Shown piece after piece: positions 39,392 through 53,382 of a stretch of DNA of 64,000 nucleotides. Every line of letters begins with the position of its first letter. Positions within the stretch are counted from its first letter, which is position 1. The position numbers and the translations under genes were made by a program. The stretch is from Lama glama (lineage: Eukaryota), in contig CM052832.1 of NCBI GenBank assembly GCA_028534125.1, positions 20,028,001-20,092,000 of the forward strand, read 5' to 3'. Under the pieces are notes generated by a model. It was not told the origin of the DNA. It did no database searches and saw only the letters and a program-made list of their open reading frames with translations.

Positions 39392-41310
39392 GGGTTTTTT
39401 TTTGTATATATATTTTTTTATTGAAGTATAGTCAGTTTACAATGTTCTGTCAATTTCTGGTGTACAGCAAAATGCTTCAGTCTTACATGAAAATACATAT
39501 ATTCATTTTCATATTCTTTCTCACCATAAGTTACTGCAAGATATTGAATATAGTTCCCTGCGCTATACAGCATGAACTTGCTTATCTATTCTATATATGT
39601 ATCAGTTAGTATCTCCAAATCTCTAACACCCAATTTATCCCCTCACACCTCCCTCCCCCCAGGTAAACACAAGTTAGTTCTCTACGTCTGAGAGTCTGTT
39701 TCTGTTTTGCAACTAAGTTCGTATGTCTTTTTTTTTTTTTTTAAGATTCCACATATAAGTGATATCATATGGTATTTTTCTTTCTCTTTCTGGCTTATTT
39801 CACTTAGAATGACAATCTCCAGAGCCTTCTATGTTGCTGCAAATGGCATTATTTTATTATTTTTATGGCTGAGTAGTATTCCACTGTATAAATATACTAC
39901 AACTTCTTTATCCAGTCATCTGTTGATGGACATTTAGGTTGTTTCCATGTCTTGGCTATTGTAAATAGTGCTACTATGAACATTGGGGTGTATGTATCTT
40001 TTTAAATTAAGGTTCTCTCTTTATATACGCCTGGGAGTGGGATGGCTGGAGCATATGGTAAGTCTATTTTTAGTCTTTTGAGGAATCTCCATACTGTTTT
40101 ACATAATGGCTACACCAAACTACATTCCCACCAACAGTGTTGGAGAATTTCCTTTTCTCCACACCCTTTCCGGCATTTATTGTTTGGAGACTTTTGAATG
40201 ATGGCTATTCTGACTGGTGTGAAGTGATACCTCATTGTAGTTTTGATTTGCATTTCTCTGATAATTAGTGATATTGAGTATTTTCTCATTTGCCTATTGA
40301 CCATTTGTATGTCTTCACTGGAGAATTGCTTGTTTAGGTCTTCTGCCCATTTTTGGATTGTGTTGTTTGTTTTTTTCTTATTAAGCTGTATGAGCTATTT
40401 ATATATTCTGGAAATTAAGCCCTTGTCAGTCTCATGTTTTGCAAATATTTTCTCCCATTCCTCTATGTCATCCTTTTGTTTTGCTTATGGTTTCCTTTGC
40501 TGTGCAAAAGCTTATAAGTTTAATTAGGTCCCATTTGGTTTTTTTGGTTTTTAGTTTTGTTTTGTTTTGGTTTTTTTGGTTTTATTTCTATTGCCTGGGT
40601 AGACTGCTCTAGGAGAACATTGCTGAGATTTATGTCAGATAATGTTTTGCCTGTGTTTTCTTCTAAGAGGTTTATAGTGTCTTGTCTTATGTTTATGTCT
40701 TTAAGCCATTTTGAGTTTATTTTTGTGTATGATGTGAGGGAGTATTCTAACTTCACTGATTTACATGCAGCTGTCCAGTTTTCCCAACACCATTTGCTGA
40801 AGAGACTATCTTTACTCCATCGTATGTTCTTGCCTCCTTTGTCAAAGAATAATTTGCCAAAAGTTTGTGGGTTTATTTCTGGTCTCTCTATTCTGTTCCG
40901 TTGTTCCATATGTCTGTTTTTGTACCCATACCATGCTGTTTTGATTATTGCATCTCTGTAGTATTGTCTGAAGTCTGAGAGGGTTATTCCTACAATTTCA
41001 TTCTGTTTCTTCAGTAATGCTTTGGCAATTCTGGGTCTTTTGTGATTCCATATAAATTTTAGAATCATTTGTTCTAGTTCTATGAAAAATAACCTGAGTA
41101 ATTTGATAGGGATGTCATTAAATCTGTAGATTGCTTTGGGTAGTATGGCCATTTTAACAATATTAATTTTTCCAATCCAAGAACATGGGACATCTTTCCA
41201 TCACTTTAAATCATCTTTAATTTCCTTAATCAATGTTTTGTAGTTCTCCGTGTATAAGTCTTTCACTTCCTTGGTCAGATTTATCCCTAGGTATTTTATT
41301 TTTTGGATGC
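39392..41310 (-). mobile_element. Young lineage-specific L1, 5'-truncated (about 1.9 kb), with TSD
   Basis: Poly-T tail, 3' UTR and ORF2 C-terminal part; TSD ataaaataactg at 39380-39391 and 41311-41322; TT/AAAA endonuclease site on the minus strand. Confidence 0.96.
40110..41152 (-). pseudogene. Disrupted L1 ORF2p C-terminal region
   Basis: [17 protein letters not shown]...KWCWENW (210 aa) and a Cys-rich motif [18 protein letters not shown] lie in separate ORFs, with stops and frameshifts between them. Confidence 0.92.
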
Positions 41311-41399
41311 ATAAAATAACTGTTTTTTAAGTTGATTAAATACCTAATTCTGTGCATCTAAAAGCTTCTGCAATTAACAAATATTAAGGTACTTTGTGG

Positions 41400-41900
41400 A
41401 GTCAGCTGATAATTTTAAAAACTTAAAGTTACATTTCACTTACATACTTTCTCAAAAAATAACTTCCATACAGGTTGACACATTAAACACAGAAAGAAAT
41501 CATGAAACAGCAAGGAGAAAATGTAGATTAATATTTAATTTGGGGGAGAAAAATCCTTTATAAATTTGAAAATGAAAGGGTAGGCCAATTGGAAAATATT
41601 GGTAGATACATCTACATAATTGGAAATTCCAAAAATCATCTCAATATCTTCTTCAACTAAGAAATATTTGCACGTATCTAATGAAAAAAATTTGATCCCC
41701 TCAATTTATAAAGAACTTGTCCAAGATCAAAAACAGGAAATGTGTGAGAAGAAATACTAATGACTTCTAAACACACACACACACACACACTCCCAATCTG
41801 TAATTAAAGAAACACAAACTAGAAGAAAGAAAACAATATATTATCTCTTAAAGTGGCAAAGATATTTCCTAAATTTCACTAGAGTTGGGCAGAGTGCTAA
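41400..41900 (+). mobile_element. Very old L1 ORF2 fragment containing (AC)10 at 41771-41790
   Basis: aggagaaaatgtag, gaaatatttgca, aatttataaagaact, gtaattaaagaaacacaaa. Confidence 0.6.
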
Positions 41901-42390
41901 AGGAGCACTTCTGAGGGGTACAATTGACCCTATCATGGAGGTCACAAATGTGTGTGTCTAGTCAGATATGAGCACAAACATTTTTGAGGCAGGGCTTCAT
42001 CAAGGCCTTGTTGATATATAAAAAATTTATTCCAAATGCCAATGGTCAGAACTTTTCCTTTAAAAATTGGTCAAAAATCCTGACAGAATATTGAATTATT
42101 AAGATCATTTCTTAACATAGTGTTTGATGGAATAAAATTATGCTCAAATAAATTCTGAAATAAAAAAGTCAGAATAAAAACATTATGTAATTTAACCCAA
42201 GGTTTTTAAAAGAAAAATATGAACAACAAAATTGCACAAACTTTAGAGGGAAATAGAGTGGTAAAGTGTTTTAACAATGACATTATAGATTACTCCTTTG
42301 ATATTAGACACACTTAGTGATTTACCTTCCTTATTTACATACAACTTGTTTTTGTTTTTTTTTTAATTAGGCACTCAAAAGTCTTTAGAA

Positions 42391-42701
42391 CCATGTTGTG
42401 CGATGCACCAATATGTGGCATCACCTACAGTCACTAAGCACTGGAACAGTGACTAGTCAGAATGAAATGTGCTATAACTTAAAAACATACATCAATTTCA
42501 AGGACAAAGCATAAACAATGCTAAGTATCTCTTTAATACAATTTAACACTGACTATATTAAAATAACATTTTTTACATGGCAGATTAAATAAAATATATG
42601 ATTACAATGAACTTTACCTGCTTCTTATTTCTGTTTTCAATCTGGCTGACAATGGACAATCACCTACGTGGCTCAATTTGTATTTCCAGTGGATGGCACT
42701 G
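42391..42701. mobile_element. MER33-like hAT-Charlie MITE
   Basis: aagcactggaacagtgactagt...gaaatgtgctataacttaaaaacatac...gtatttccagtggatggcactg; degenerate 8-bp TSD ctttagaa/ttacagaa. Confidence 0.75.
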
Positions 42702-43044
42702 TTACAGAAATTGATGATGTTTTCTGCTGACCTTCCACCTCTATCCCACACCATCTCCAACATGTTGGCATTCTTTGTTAAAGCAGCTTTCACCTCGGGG
42801 CAGGGTTCTGCAGCTAAGGAGATAGACACAGGGAGTTGGACAGGCAAGAATTTGTTAATTAAAATTACTTTTGAGATGTTGTTACCCCTGACCTCACTGT
42901 TAGGAAATGTTATTACATAGAGTTAGTTGCTCAAGAGAATGCCAAGTAGAAAATACTAGAACGGAAGCATCACGCTTCATTTCCCTCCACGGGACCATGC
43001 CTACTAGGTTGTTTTTATTAATTTTTACTCTTTCATATGTAACT

Positions 43045-43240
43045 TTTTGTCTGATGCTGGGCAAGTTATATGCCTCTGGGACTCTGGGTTTGTTTTGGTT
43101 TTTTTTTCCATCTCTAAAAGAGATAAAACAATTCTTCATTTGTAAAACAAAACAACAAAAATTTACATAGTTTTTGAGACTAAATAAGCAAATGAATGTG
43201 GATGCTTTAGAAGAGTGACTAGCAAATAGTTAAACACATT
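43045..43240 (+). mobile_element. MIR SINE
   Basis: tgggcaagttat...catctctaaaagagata...atgtggatgctttagaagagtgactagcaaatagt. Confidence 0.65.
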
Positions 43241-43246
43241 CCGATA

Positions 43247-43320
43247 GGGGTGGGGTATATAGCTCAGTGGTAGTGCTTAGTGTGCACAAGGTTCAATCCC
43301 CAGTACCTCCATTAAAAAAA
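43247..43320 (+). mobile_element. tRNA-derived SINE, camelid Vic-1-like, internally deleted
   Basis: A box tagctcagtgg, B box ggttcaatcc, then ccagtacctccatt and an A tail. Confidence 0.85.
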
Positions 43321-43830
43321 GAATAACTTTTTAAACTTTGTTAAATATACTGACATAAGTTGGGAACAAGCAGAAGACATTAAATAAACTGATCAAAATT
43401 TAAGAAGATATTTATCTTCTTAAAAAGATAACCTAGGAGAGTTTAATATTTGCAGGCCAAGGAATCAGATTTCCTGGTTCCACAACCAATCCTGAATCTT
43501 AACGGCTTTCATCTTGAGCATGTGATGTAAAGTCTCTGTGTTTCTCCTGTGGAATGGCATAATGCAATCAGGGGAGGTGGAAAGATGAAATGGATAAATG
43601 CGCCTAAAACGCTTAGGACACTGCCTTGGACAGTTAGCTTAATCATTGTTATCTATTAATATCACCATCATGGGGACAACAAATTCCCACTCCTTCAGAT
43701 AAAACAAACAAACAAAAAACCCCAGAAAATATATGTAAATATCATATAGTCTACGCCAAAAGTAAAACTCTTCCTGGGGATTAATGATCGTCACAGGGTT
43801 TCTAACGGCAGGAAGATCAGTAACCTAAAG

Positions 43831-43999
43831 CAGTATTTTTTACGCTTTACAATGTGCAGATGGATGTCCTGGGACCTTGTTAAAATGTAGACTCTGATTT
43901 AGAAGGTCTGGGGTGGAGTCTGATTGAGATTCTGCATATTTAATCAGCTCCCCTGCGATGCTGGTGCTGCCTGTCCTCCCACCACATTCAGAATACCAG
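43831..43999. mobile_element. MER5A/MER5A1 hAT-Charlie MITE
   Basis: cttgttaaaatgtagactctgatt...aggtctggggtgg...gagattctgcat; degenerate TSD acctaaag/ggctagag. Confidence 0.88.
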
Positions 44000-44319
44000 G
44001 GCTAGAGCAATATTATCTACTTTGACAGCAGGAGTAATCGAGGTGCAAGATCACAGAACCAATATCAACATAAGTACATGAAAAAAAATCCTTTTTGTTT
44101 TTCACATTGACTATGAGCACAGGGATAGATGAGCTTCTTTCTCCTTTAATTGAATTCATCTCATTAAGTTAGACAGGGGGTCAGGCAACATCCCCTCTAT
44201 AGAGATTATGATTCTGTAGCGCTGACAATTTATGCCATTTGCTCTGAGTTTTATGACAAATACATCATAAAGAATAAACAGGCCTTTCAAAATGTAGATT
44301 TCTAGAATAAACAATTGTC

Positions 44320-44720
44320 CTAACACTGTATTATGAATGTTTCCTTCCTTACTGAGGTGCCTATAGGTACCAGTTACTTGGTTAAGAAAATTCCCTTTTA
44401 ATGTTAGTGTGCAAATAATTCAAATTACGAGTGTTAAATAATATCAGATGCTTTTAAAGCATCTGCATGTTTTCTTCTTTAGTCTTTTAATATGGAGAGT
44501 CAGATTTATAGATTTTTATAATACTAAGCCTCCTTTGCATTCTTTGGAAAAACTCAACCTGGTCACCACATATATAAACTGCTGGAATCACCTTGACAAT
44601 ATTTTGTTTGGCCTGCAATGTACTTTTTTGGTTTTGATATCAAGGCTACAAAGGCCTTACAGAATTATGTGGAGGTATTTCCACAATTCTCATTCTCTGG
44701 ATGAGTTTGTAAAGGATTAC
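44320..44720 (-). mobile_element. Old L1 ORF2 (RT region) fragment
   Basis: gttaagaaaattccct...atcagatgctttt...ttttcttctttagtc...cctttgcattc. Confidence 0.7.
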
Positions 44721-45194
44721 TCTCTAGAGCATCACCTTTTTTTCCCCTTTTGTCATCATAGGAATTTCTTCAGTGCCCTAGAATACTCTGAAGTTCATAG
44801 ACTTTTGTTAAATTCTCTACTTTTTAAAAATTTGCATTTCTAATAAATTTCAGTTGGTACTATGTGTCAGGTAAAATAAAACCTCATAGCAGGAGTTAGC
44901 ATGACCTCATGGACAGTGAACACATATGAATGAATATGTAGGTAAATATACATTTTGTAACTGCATTATAGTCATATAGAGTTTTATTTCCCATTGTTGC
45001 ATTAATTTAGCATTACAAAATACATGCATGATTGATCTCTGCCTTTGTGGATGTTACATATAAGCTCTCTTAAACATACCAGAGAAACCATCACAGAAGC
45101 AGAATCCTTTTATCTCAAAAGGGTAAGAAGTCAGCTGCTGAAGGGAGAAATATCCCAGGATTCCAGGCTCTCAGACCTTTTGTAACACTTATAT

Positions 45195-45420
45195 TTGCCA
45201 TTATTTATTAAATTGGTCATGTTCTACAGACTTACTGCTCTTTAAATCTTATTTAATCCTCACAATAACCCTGAAAGAAACTATTGTCAGCCTCACTCTA
45301 CGTGAACCTGAACTTCTGAATGGTAATTTCCTAGGATCAGATAATGTATGAATGAAGGAGTCATGTTTCCAACTCAGATCTGGCTGACTCCAAAATACAG
45401 ATACATTTCACACTGGTGTA
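45195..45420 (-). mobile_element. MIR SINE
   Basis: atcttatttaatcctcacaataaccctga...cagatctggctgactccaaa. Confidence 0.8.
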
Positions 45421-47769
45421 TTCTCCCTTACAATTTTAGTTTCCAGTTCAGTGTAGACAGTGTCTCAGTATTCTCTCAGAAGCCCGGGAATCTATCTTGT
45501 CCCAGCTTACGGGGCAAAGGATCATGAACTGGAATTTTTCATCAAGTCCCACTGCCCAGCCTCACTACTCTTCTTATAAGTATTGTTTCTTGATTGCTGT
45601 AAACCCACAATCAAATACGTGAATAGATTGTTTACAATCAGGACAGTTTGCTCATTCACTGATTCAAGTACTTGGTTGTCGACTAAACATACATTTCTAT
45701 CTGACAAATGCTCCATGTTGAAATCCTACAGTCCTCTCTCCTTTATCACACTTAAGATATTGAAAGCTGAAAAGTACATTTCTCTGAAACGAATAACAGC
45801 TACATACAAAATGACAAAAGAAGCAGCATTAGAGAACTAAAGTGATTTCAATATCTAAAACTCATTTAGAATATAAGCTTGATCAAAATGAACAAAGGTA
45901 TTGGTTCTACCAAGAAAAATAGCTTGAAACCCCGCAAATATTTAACCTGCCTCCTCAGTAATGCGTTTTCTAATTTCAAACGCCATTGCATTTGTATTCC
46001 AGCCAATTTCCATACTATAAATGTCAGTCAACATAGGCTGATTATGCCAAAGAATGATTTAAAAAGAACCTTAACAACAGTAAAAGTCATGTCCGTATTT
46101 TCATTATGCATCTGAGCCTTTGGATTGTAAATATTCCCTCTGAGCTAATATTTTAGAATTCAAGGTCATATACAGGGGATTTTTTCCTTGCTAATTAGAA
46201 AATAGATTACTCCACTTGAAATTATGTAGGTGGAAATTCTTCCCTGAGGAATTTATCTCTTTCAGATGTGTTTGATCATGTTCAATATTTTTTAACTATA
46301 TTATATTTGCTTTTCCCCTCTCACCTACCAAATATGATGCACAGAATGCTTAAGGATTTGACTTATTATTCTGACATTAGTAATAAAGTTATATTAAAAA
46401 TAATGTACTAGAAGTCTTTCACCTGCATACAATTTTCCTTATTAGATTTGCTTGTTATTTCACTTGTCAAATTTCATGACGTCTAATGTTCTCTTTGTAT
46501 ATTTATAAAAATACCTTTTTGCAGATGAGTCTAATCACTATGTAAATTAGGTAATTATTTGGTGAATATTAACATTCTTCCCCATACAAAATAATACATA
46601 TATTTTGAATCTTCTTCCCTTGCTTTTGGGAGAATATAGCAATTAAAATAGTTATTGAACCCTTATTTGCATGCAAATGAGGCAAGCACAGTAGCATAAC
46701 AGGATATGCAAAAGTATATTTAATTTTCAATTTCAAGTGTATTTCTTGTTAGTTAGACTACATCATTTTCAATGCAGTTTTCTTCTGGCATGTTAGAATC
46801 GTGTATCATAAAAAGCTTTTCTAGTAACTACTTGCTAGCATACATGGGCTTTCAATCTTCTGGATTCTTCTATGGCAAGACAAAATAAATATCCTTTAAA
46901 AAAGAGGAAAAATCAACATGGTGCTGAATTACATGAGTAACAGATGACATACAGTAGGTATTTAACATGATATTGAATGGATGATTTGAACGGTAACTTT
47001 AAAGTAATAATGAAGTCAGTGCAAAGTAATTATAAAGAAATACACTGATGATTCTTCTATAAAACAATCATAAAAATATTACTGAACATAGAACTGTATC
47101 TGAAAGAAACCAATAGATGTGATCCTGGGTAAATTGTGAGGCCATCGAATAAGCTAAGGCTTTTCTTGTACAAATGAAAACTGATGTTACCGGTACTTCC
47201 CATAAAAATAAATGAGGTAGAGACAACAAATAAGTACTTAGGTTCCAAGTGTTACAACTGCATAGGAATGAAGGTAACACTTGATATTTAAAGAAAACAT
47301 TTACAACAGGAAATACACAAAAGTAGTATAATAATAAATGAGTAACAAATGGAGGAATATTATATATACCCCAAGGTGTAGTGAATATAAATATATTCAA
47401 GATGGGTGTGGTGTTTAGATCTAACGCTCGATAATTATCTACTAAGGGGAAGTGTAGTGTGTGTCTTTCACTCTTCAATGCTGTTGGCATGGAGTAAGTA
47501 CACACACTCACACACACATTCTGCAGCTTTAAACCAGACATCAAAATCTGGCTATTGAAGTTCACTGTCTGGATCTATGTCTGTGCAGCATTCCATAGAT
47601 TCTTAGACTGAGACAAAAGAGTAAGAGTTAATAAAAACTTAAAATATGTTTTAAACTATAAACTTTTTTTTCAAAATTGGGTGTGTGTTACGATGAACTC
47701 TCATTGTAATGACACTTACTAAGAAGGATAAGAAGTTATTTCCAATAAACTTCAGACTCTGTTTTGTCT

Positions 47770-48240
47770 CTGTTATCTGCCTCAAACTGGACATCTCATT
47801 CATTCATTCATTTTACCTCTTACACCATTCTCTGGTCCTCCTCTGTGAATGGAGTGCTTTTCTCTGCCTGAGCTACTGGTCCTCCATATGACATTATTTC
47901 TGCACACTGTCTTAATTTCTGTGGCCAGTAAAAGCCTGATAGAAATCCCTGCTGGTCAGGTTAAATGTGTCTGTCTTTCCACCAGCAGGGTCATATCAGA
48001 GCTCTGCCTCTTTGCTCACCGTTATATTACCAGAGTCTGGCATGCAGTCAATGTTGACTGAATTAATTACTCAATTTCAGTTTAAATCAATTATGTTCAA
48101 GTTTAGTATGTTCAAGTAGTATTAGTTGTGTGATCTTAGTTAAGTCATATAACTACCTAATGTCTGTTTATTGCTTCACAAAATTATTATGAGGAGCAAT
48201 AAAAAATGCACAACTGGAAACACTATGGAGACGTTAGTTA
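47770..48240 (+). mobile_element. L2 3' fragment followed by a MIR fragment
   Basis: cagagtctggcatgcagtcaatgttgactgaat; ttgtgtgatcttagttaagtcatataac. Confidence 0.5.
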
Positions 48241-48919
48241 TTTTACTTACATAGCAATAATACACAATGTAAAGGTTAGTATGAAAGTAATCAAATACAA
48301 CTTACTTATTTTTGGTTGGTCTGTATGTTACGTACTACCATGAATTTGAAACAGAGCCAGCGTTCCCCCAACACATACCATACTTGCAGTCTTGTATTAA
48401 CTAGGAGAATATTATGTCAAGTTCACATCAGTGCAACCCTACTTATTTCTTTTGTGCATATAAGACACTGTTCTAAAGAAAGATTCAATAAATGGATACT
48501 AGTAGTGTGCTGGAACAAATAAAAAGTTTTGTCTCCTAGATGGGATATTGCCTAAGAGCCCAACCTACAAAGCTACAATCAATGATCTAATTAATGTGGA
48601 AGGACCACGGGCTTGTCAGACAAGTGCAAGGATAGTAGACTCTGCCTTGAGGCAGGATTCCCAGACTGAGAGCCTGGAGAGAGATTGGTCTGTGCAGGAA
48701 AGTAAGGTCTATGAAAGTTGAAGGCAAAGAAAATCTTCGAGACTTCTATTGGGCCTCTCCTCAGAACTTTAGAGTTTTTTGGTTATAAAATATGTGTGGA
48801 AAGTTTAGGGACAAGAAAGAAAGAGCTAACCAGGGGCAAACTGAGAGATTAGGGGTGAAATAGGAATGTTTTCTGGAACAACAAATGATAGCAGAAAATA
48901 ACAAATAAGAATGGAAATA

Positions 48920-49014
48920 TATTTTGGTCTGAAATGTGTCCCCTCAAAAGTCACCTGTTGAAGCCCTAATGCCCAGCGTGACTGTGCTTGGAGATAAGGC
49001 CTTTGAAGAGGTAA
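48920..49014 (+). mobile_element. MaLR LTR 5' fragment (MST/MLT1A-like)
   Basis: ggtctgaaatgtgtcccctcaaaagtcacctgttgaagccctaatgcccagcgtgactgtgcttggagataaggcctttg. Confidence 0.85.
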
Positions 49015-50304
49015 GGAGTACTCACTGGTTTTCATCGTTATTCTCATCATAGAGGTATAATGTGCAACAGTCAAGCGCTTCCTTAGGATTGACACCATGC
49101 AGTGTCATACAGCTCACTTCATCTCATCTACGTTCAAGGGCACACAGTTTACTAGGTTTTCTTAGGCCTTCTTTTCTCACCCTTAGCAGAATCCACCTCA
49201 GATGGACTTACTGCCTGTCGATCATAAATCAGCCCTTTATTGGTGAAGAGGTGAAGTGGGTTAACAATGGATTTACTTGTAAATTGAGAAGAGATAAATC
49301 TCTGCTCCCTCAAGGGTAGCAGTGTATTTATAGGTTGGAAGGCAGTACTGCTTTTCAAAAAGCACTTTATTGGAAGGTAAAGTCTTCAAGACTTTGGGTG
49401 TTTACTATCTCTGAAGCTTGTGTACCCGCAGAATTGTGTTAAAATACACTAATAGAATAATACAGGATGTTGCTTTATATTTGCCTATGTTACCACTTGA
49501 AGTACTTGTATATGTAGAATAGAGGCTCCGTAAAATAAACTCATAAGCTGAAATTTAATTCTTTGGGGAAATCTGCCACTTTTATTTACAGGTCTATAAG
49601 CCTAGTAGATAAAAATAACTAAGAGAAAATATTGCAAATATATTTCGTATCACCCTACAGTCAAGGTCCCTGAGTGGTCTGTAAGCATTTCCACCCCATA
49701 AACCTGCCTAGCAATCACTGTTGACTTGCATATGAAAATTAACCACCTCATCAGCCATAATCTAATCCTACTTACAGAATAAGAGAAACATGGGCTAGGC
49801 CTAGTCTTTATTTAGCTGGTTTATGATTATATTATGACACACTGAAATGTTCTTCTTGATTGCAAAATGACAGAATAATTATTTTGGAAATCTGCAATAT
49901 AGGAAGCAAATAAATTTTGGATATAAAATGTTGATAGAGATTTCAGAGCAATATTAAAATCTAAATTACATTGAAGAAAAAACATGGAGAGCTTCTTCTG
50001 ACAAGACTCAAGCACCTTAAACATTTTGAAAGAACTGACTTAATCAAGTTTGGCTATTCTGCTCTATTTCCATTCCATCTATGTTAGCTGTTTTGATATT
50101 GTAAGGTATTTCTATTCCATCATAAAGCATTCAAACAAATAAAAACAAGATTGGTAGAATATCAAGAATTTGAACATCAATCAGTCACTAATTATACATG
50201 TTCTGCACAAATACACTATACTGAACCATTTCTTCACATACTAATGAGATGAAGTGTGATATCAGGTGAAAGATTGACAATATGGTCCATGCTGGCAACC
50301 CTCT

Positions 50305-51190
50305 AGGACATCGCCTTGATATATCAAATTTAAACCATTTAGGGCTGACTTCTTGGTCTACATACTCTCTTTAACACCTACTCTCCCCAGAGTCTCCCCA
50401 TCTCGCCTGATGATCTCAGCACTTCCACTTTTCTAGTTACTCAGGTCCAATACCTTGAAGTTATTCTTGACTTTGCTTTCTCCCTCACACCCACATTTGA
50501 TGTGTCAGCAAATCCTGTTTCCAGAACCATAATGTGCTACCTTCTTAGTTCAGCCACCATCATCTCTTACCTTAACTATCATCTTTTTCTCTTGGACTCC
50601 TTGCCCTCCAGCCTCACCCACAGATAGAGTAACCCTTTCAACGTAATAGCTGGAGTGATCTTTCTAACGCCTAAGTCAGCTTGCCTCTCTTCTTCTTAAA
50701 TTACCCGTATCTCCATCTCACTTAGAAGAAGCAGCCAATGAACTGTTACCCCTTTATCTCTTTGACCTCATCACCTACTACTCTTCCTTGGTCCCTCTGA
50801 TTTTTGTTCTATGCCATGTTTTTTCTGGTATTTGCACCAGCTTTTCCCTTTTCCCTCAAATATTTAAATGGTTAAATCCCTCAATCTCTGCTAAGCTGTT
50901 ACCTTCTTAATGTGGCCCATGCTGATAATCATATTTTGATCACAATATAACTGCTAATCTTCATGCCTGACCTCCTTCATTGCTCTTTTTATCTTTGCAT
51001 AATAATTACTATCTTCACACATACTATCCTCATTTATTTATTACTTACTTATTATGTTTACTGATGTTTTTCTTCTCATTAGAACATAAGCCTCTCAAAG
51101 GTTCAGGTTTTTTCCAGGGGTTGGAGGACCTTCACTTACTTGTGCTTAATGTTTCAGACTGCACGTTGAATACATTTTTTATTGAATGAC
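50305..51190 (+). mobile_element. L2 3' portion (about 0.9 kb)
   Basis: ccttgaagttattcttgact...tctccctcacacccacat...cagcaaatcctgt; gccaccatcatctctt; ends ttgaatga. Confidence 0.85.
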
Positions 51191-51327
51191 AAAATAAATA
51201 CTGAAATTATTTAAACCAAAGAGCTATGTTCCAAAAACAATTGATTTTTTTTTTACCACTATCTTGCCAGGTTCAAACCAAAAAATACCATATACTTCTA
51301 GAAGAAAAATCAGAAGCTTGGATTTTT

Positions 51328-51570
51328 TTTTTTACCTTTTTTTTTTGAAGTGTAGTTAATTTACAATACTGTGTTAGTTTCTGGTGTATAGCAAAAGATT
51401 CAGTTTATATAAATATATATATTCTTTTTCATATTCTTTTCCATAATAAGATATTATAAGATATGAAATATAATTCCCTGTGCTATACAGTAGGACCTTG
51501 TTGTTTATATATTTTATATGTAGCAGTTTGTATCCACTAATCTCAAATTAATTTATCCCTCTCCCTATTT
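51328..51570 (-). mobile_element. Short, severely 5'-truncated lineage-specific L1 3' end with TSD
   Basis: TSD agaagcttggattttt (51312-51327) / agaagcttagattttt (51571-51586), 15/16 match; homologous to 39421-39650. Confidence 0.93.
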
Positions 51571-51589
51571 AGAAGCTTAGATTTTTAAA

Positions 51590-51780
51590 GGTGTTCTCAA
51601 ATATAATCTCTCAGTAGGCTCATAAAAATATTATGAAGGAACAAAAATTGATAAGGTCTAAAAAAGACAGTGAGATCACCCAGGGTGTACATAGATCAAT
51701 ATAATGTACTGGTGCAACCAGACAGAATTCACATCTCCCGACTCTGGGATCTTTTCATCATTCCATCACACTAGCTATGC
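51590..51780 (-). mobile_element. MIR fragment
   Basis: cacccagggtgtacatag...gaattcacatctcccgactc. Confidence 0.5.
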
Positions 51781-51849
51781 TGTAGTCACAGTGTGCTTGT
51801 CCTGATCTGTGTTTCTGGGAGAATTTTTGTGCAGGTTTGAACCCCGGTT

Positions 51850-52590
51850 GTGATTAGTGTCTAACTTACACATTTTCCTAGATCTCAATAATAACAAATA
51901 GCATTATACTTCACTCACCTTTTCAAGCCCAAAGTCCAGCTACTCCTGTATTCTTCTTTTATCTGCAAATACTGCCCCACCTCCAAAGAAAATATTTAAG
52001 CAGTTACAAAGCCCTATTAGTAGTTAATAAATTTTTCTAGATTGCATTCACCTTTTCCATTCTGTTTGCTATTTCTCTAATTCAAAAAGCAGGCATCTCT
52101 CTCCTAGCTTTCTGGAGAGAATGCACATTCTTTTCTTCTTCCTGTTACAATAAAGAGGCTGTGTATTTTCCAATCCAAGGTGACTTCCTCTGTGTATGAT
52201 ATGGATTCCACTCCTGCCTTCTTCTCAAGTACCCTTTGCTCCTGCGTATTCCTTCCTCTCTTTGGTATCCTCTCCCTCTCAACTGATCTTCCCCATTGGC
52301 TTTGAAACAGGTATCAATCCCCCTTTTACTACAAACTAAAATAAAGTCAAATAAACACCTTTTTCTAAACTACATCCTCTTCCACTTACCACCATATCTC
52401 CTTTCTTGAAGAAGTTGTTGCTGCACATAGAATGTCTTCATTCTATGACTCCCTGCTCTTTTCTCAACCATCTCCAATCTGGCTTCTACCCGCATCACTT
52501 CTCTGAAGCAGCTCCTGCTATACTGTCACTCACAATTTATACGTCAAAAATCAAACCAATATTTTCCAGTTTTTAACTTAGTGGATTTCT
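51850..52590 (+). mobile_element. L2 fragments
   Basis: tctcaaccatctccaatctggcttctacccgcatcacttctctgaagcagctc. Confidence 0.7.
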
Positions 52591-53382
52591 TCTCTTGACA
52601 GTTTTGTTAGGTGCTAAAGAAATTTTAAAATATGCATAAAAGATATTTGATAGCTATATACCCAACACAGAGGTTAAGAAACATGATTCTCCCATGGTAT
52701 TAGAAGTCCCTATTGCTTCTCCCCTGAGATGCTTATCAAATAAATTAAACAAAGCAGATAAATATTATTTTATAAAGGCTCACTTCCACTGGACAATTGT
52801 AAAGAATTTCTGGTGATTATGATTTTCGGTTAAGTAATCTTACAGTATTCTTATTTTGTAACAATAATATGTTCATCCTGCTTTTTTTGAATTTAATAAT
52901 ACTAAGTGTTGCAAAAGCCTCAAAATATGTATTTTTATTGGCTGTTATTATATAACTAGTATTTCAACAATCTATCTAGTTAAATTTGCTTGAGACAAGC
53001 TGAATAAACTTTGACTAGATGACAAATAAGAAGCTTCTTAATACATGAATGAGGTGCTGCCCTCAGGAAGAAAATTCGTATTCCTCCTATTTTAAAATAC
53101 ATTTTTTTTTCTGATGAGACTAACATTCTACACTAAATTCGTTTCAAAACCATTAACATTCTATTCTGTGTGTATGTTGCCAAACATCTGGGATGAAAAT
53201 TGGAAAAAAAAACTTACTCATTCACATTTTCCCCTTGAATCCAGAAAGAAGATTAGCACTTTAAAAATAAAATTGCCAAATAAAATGTACAACATTCAAC
53301 CATATATTTGGCAGGATTTGTAGACACTGCTGCCATGGAAATAAGTAGCAAGACAATGCACAAAAAAACACATGTAGTTCAC

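Noticed and set aside
43247..43320. tRNA gene
   Set aside because: Deletions destroy the cloverleaf and it has an A tail, so it is a SINE. The copy at 63365 is also a SINE (degenerate 5' end, tail, TSD).
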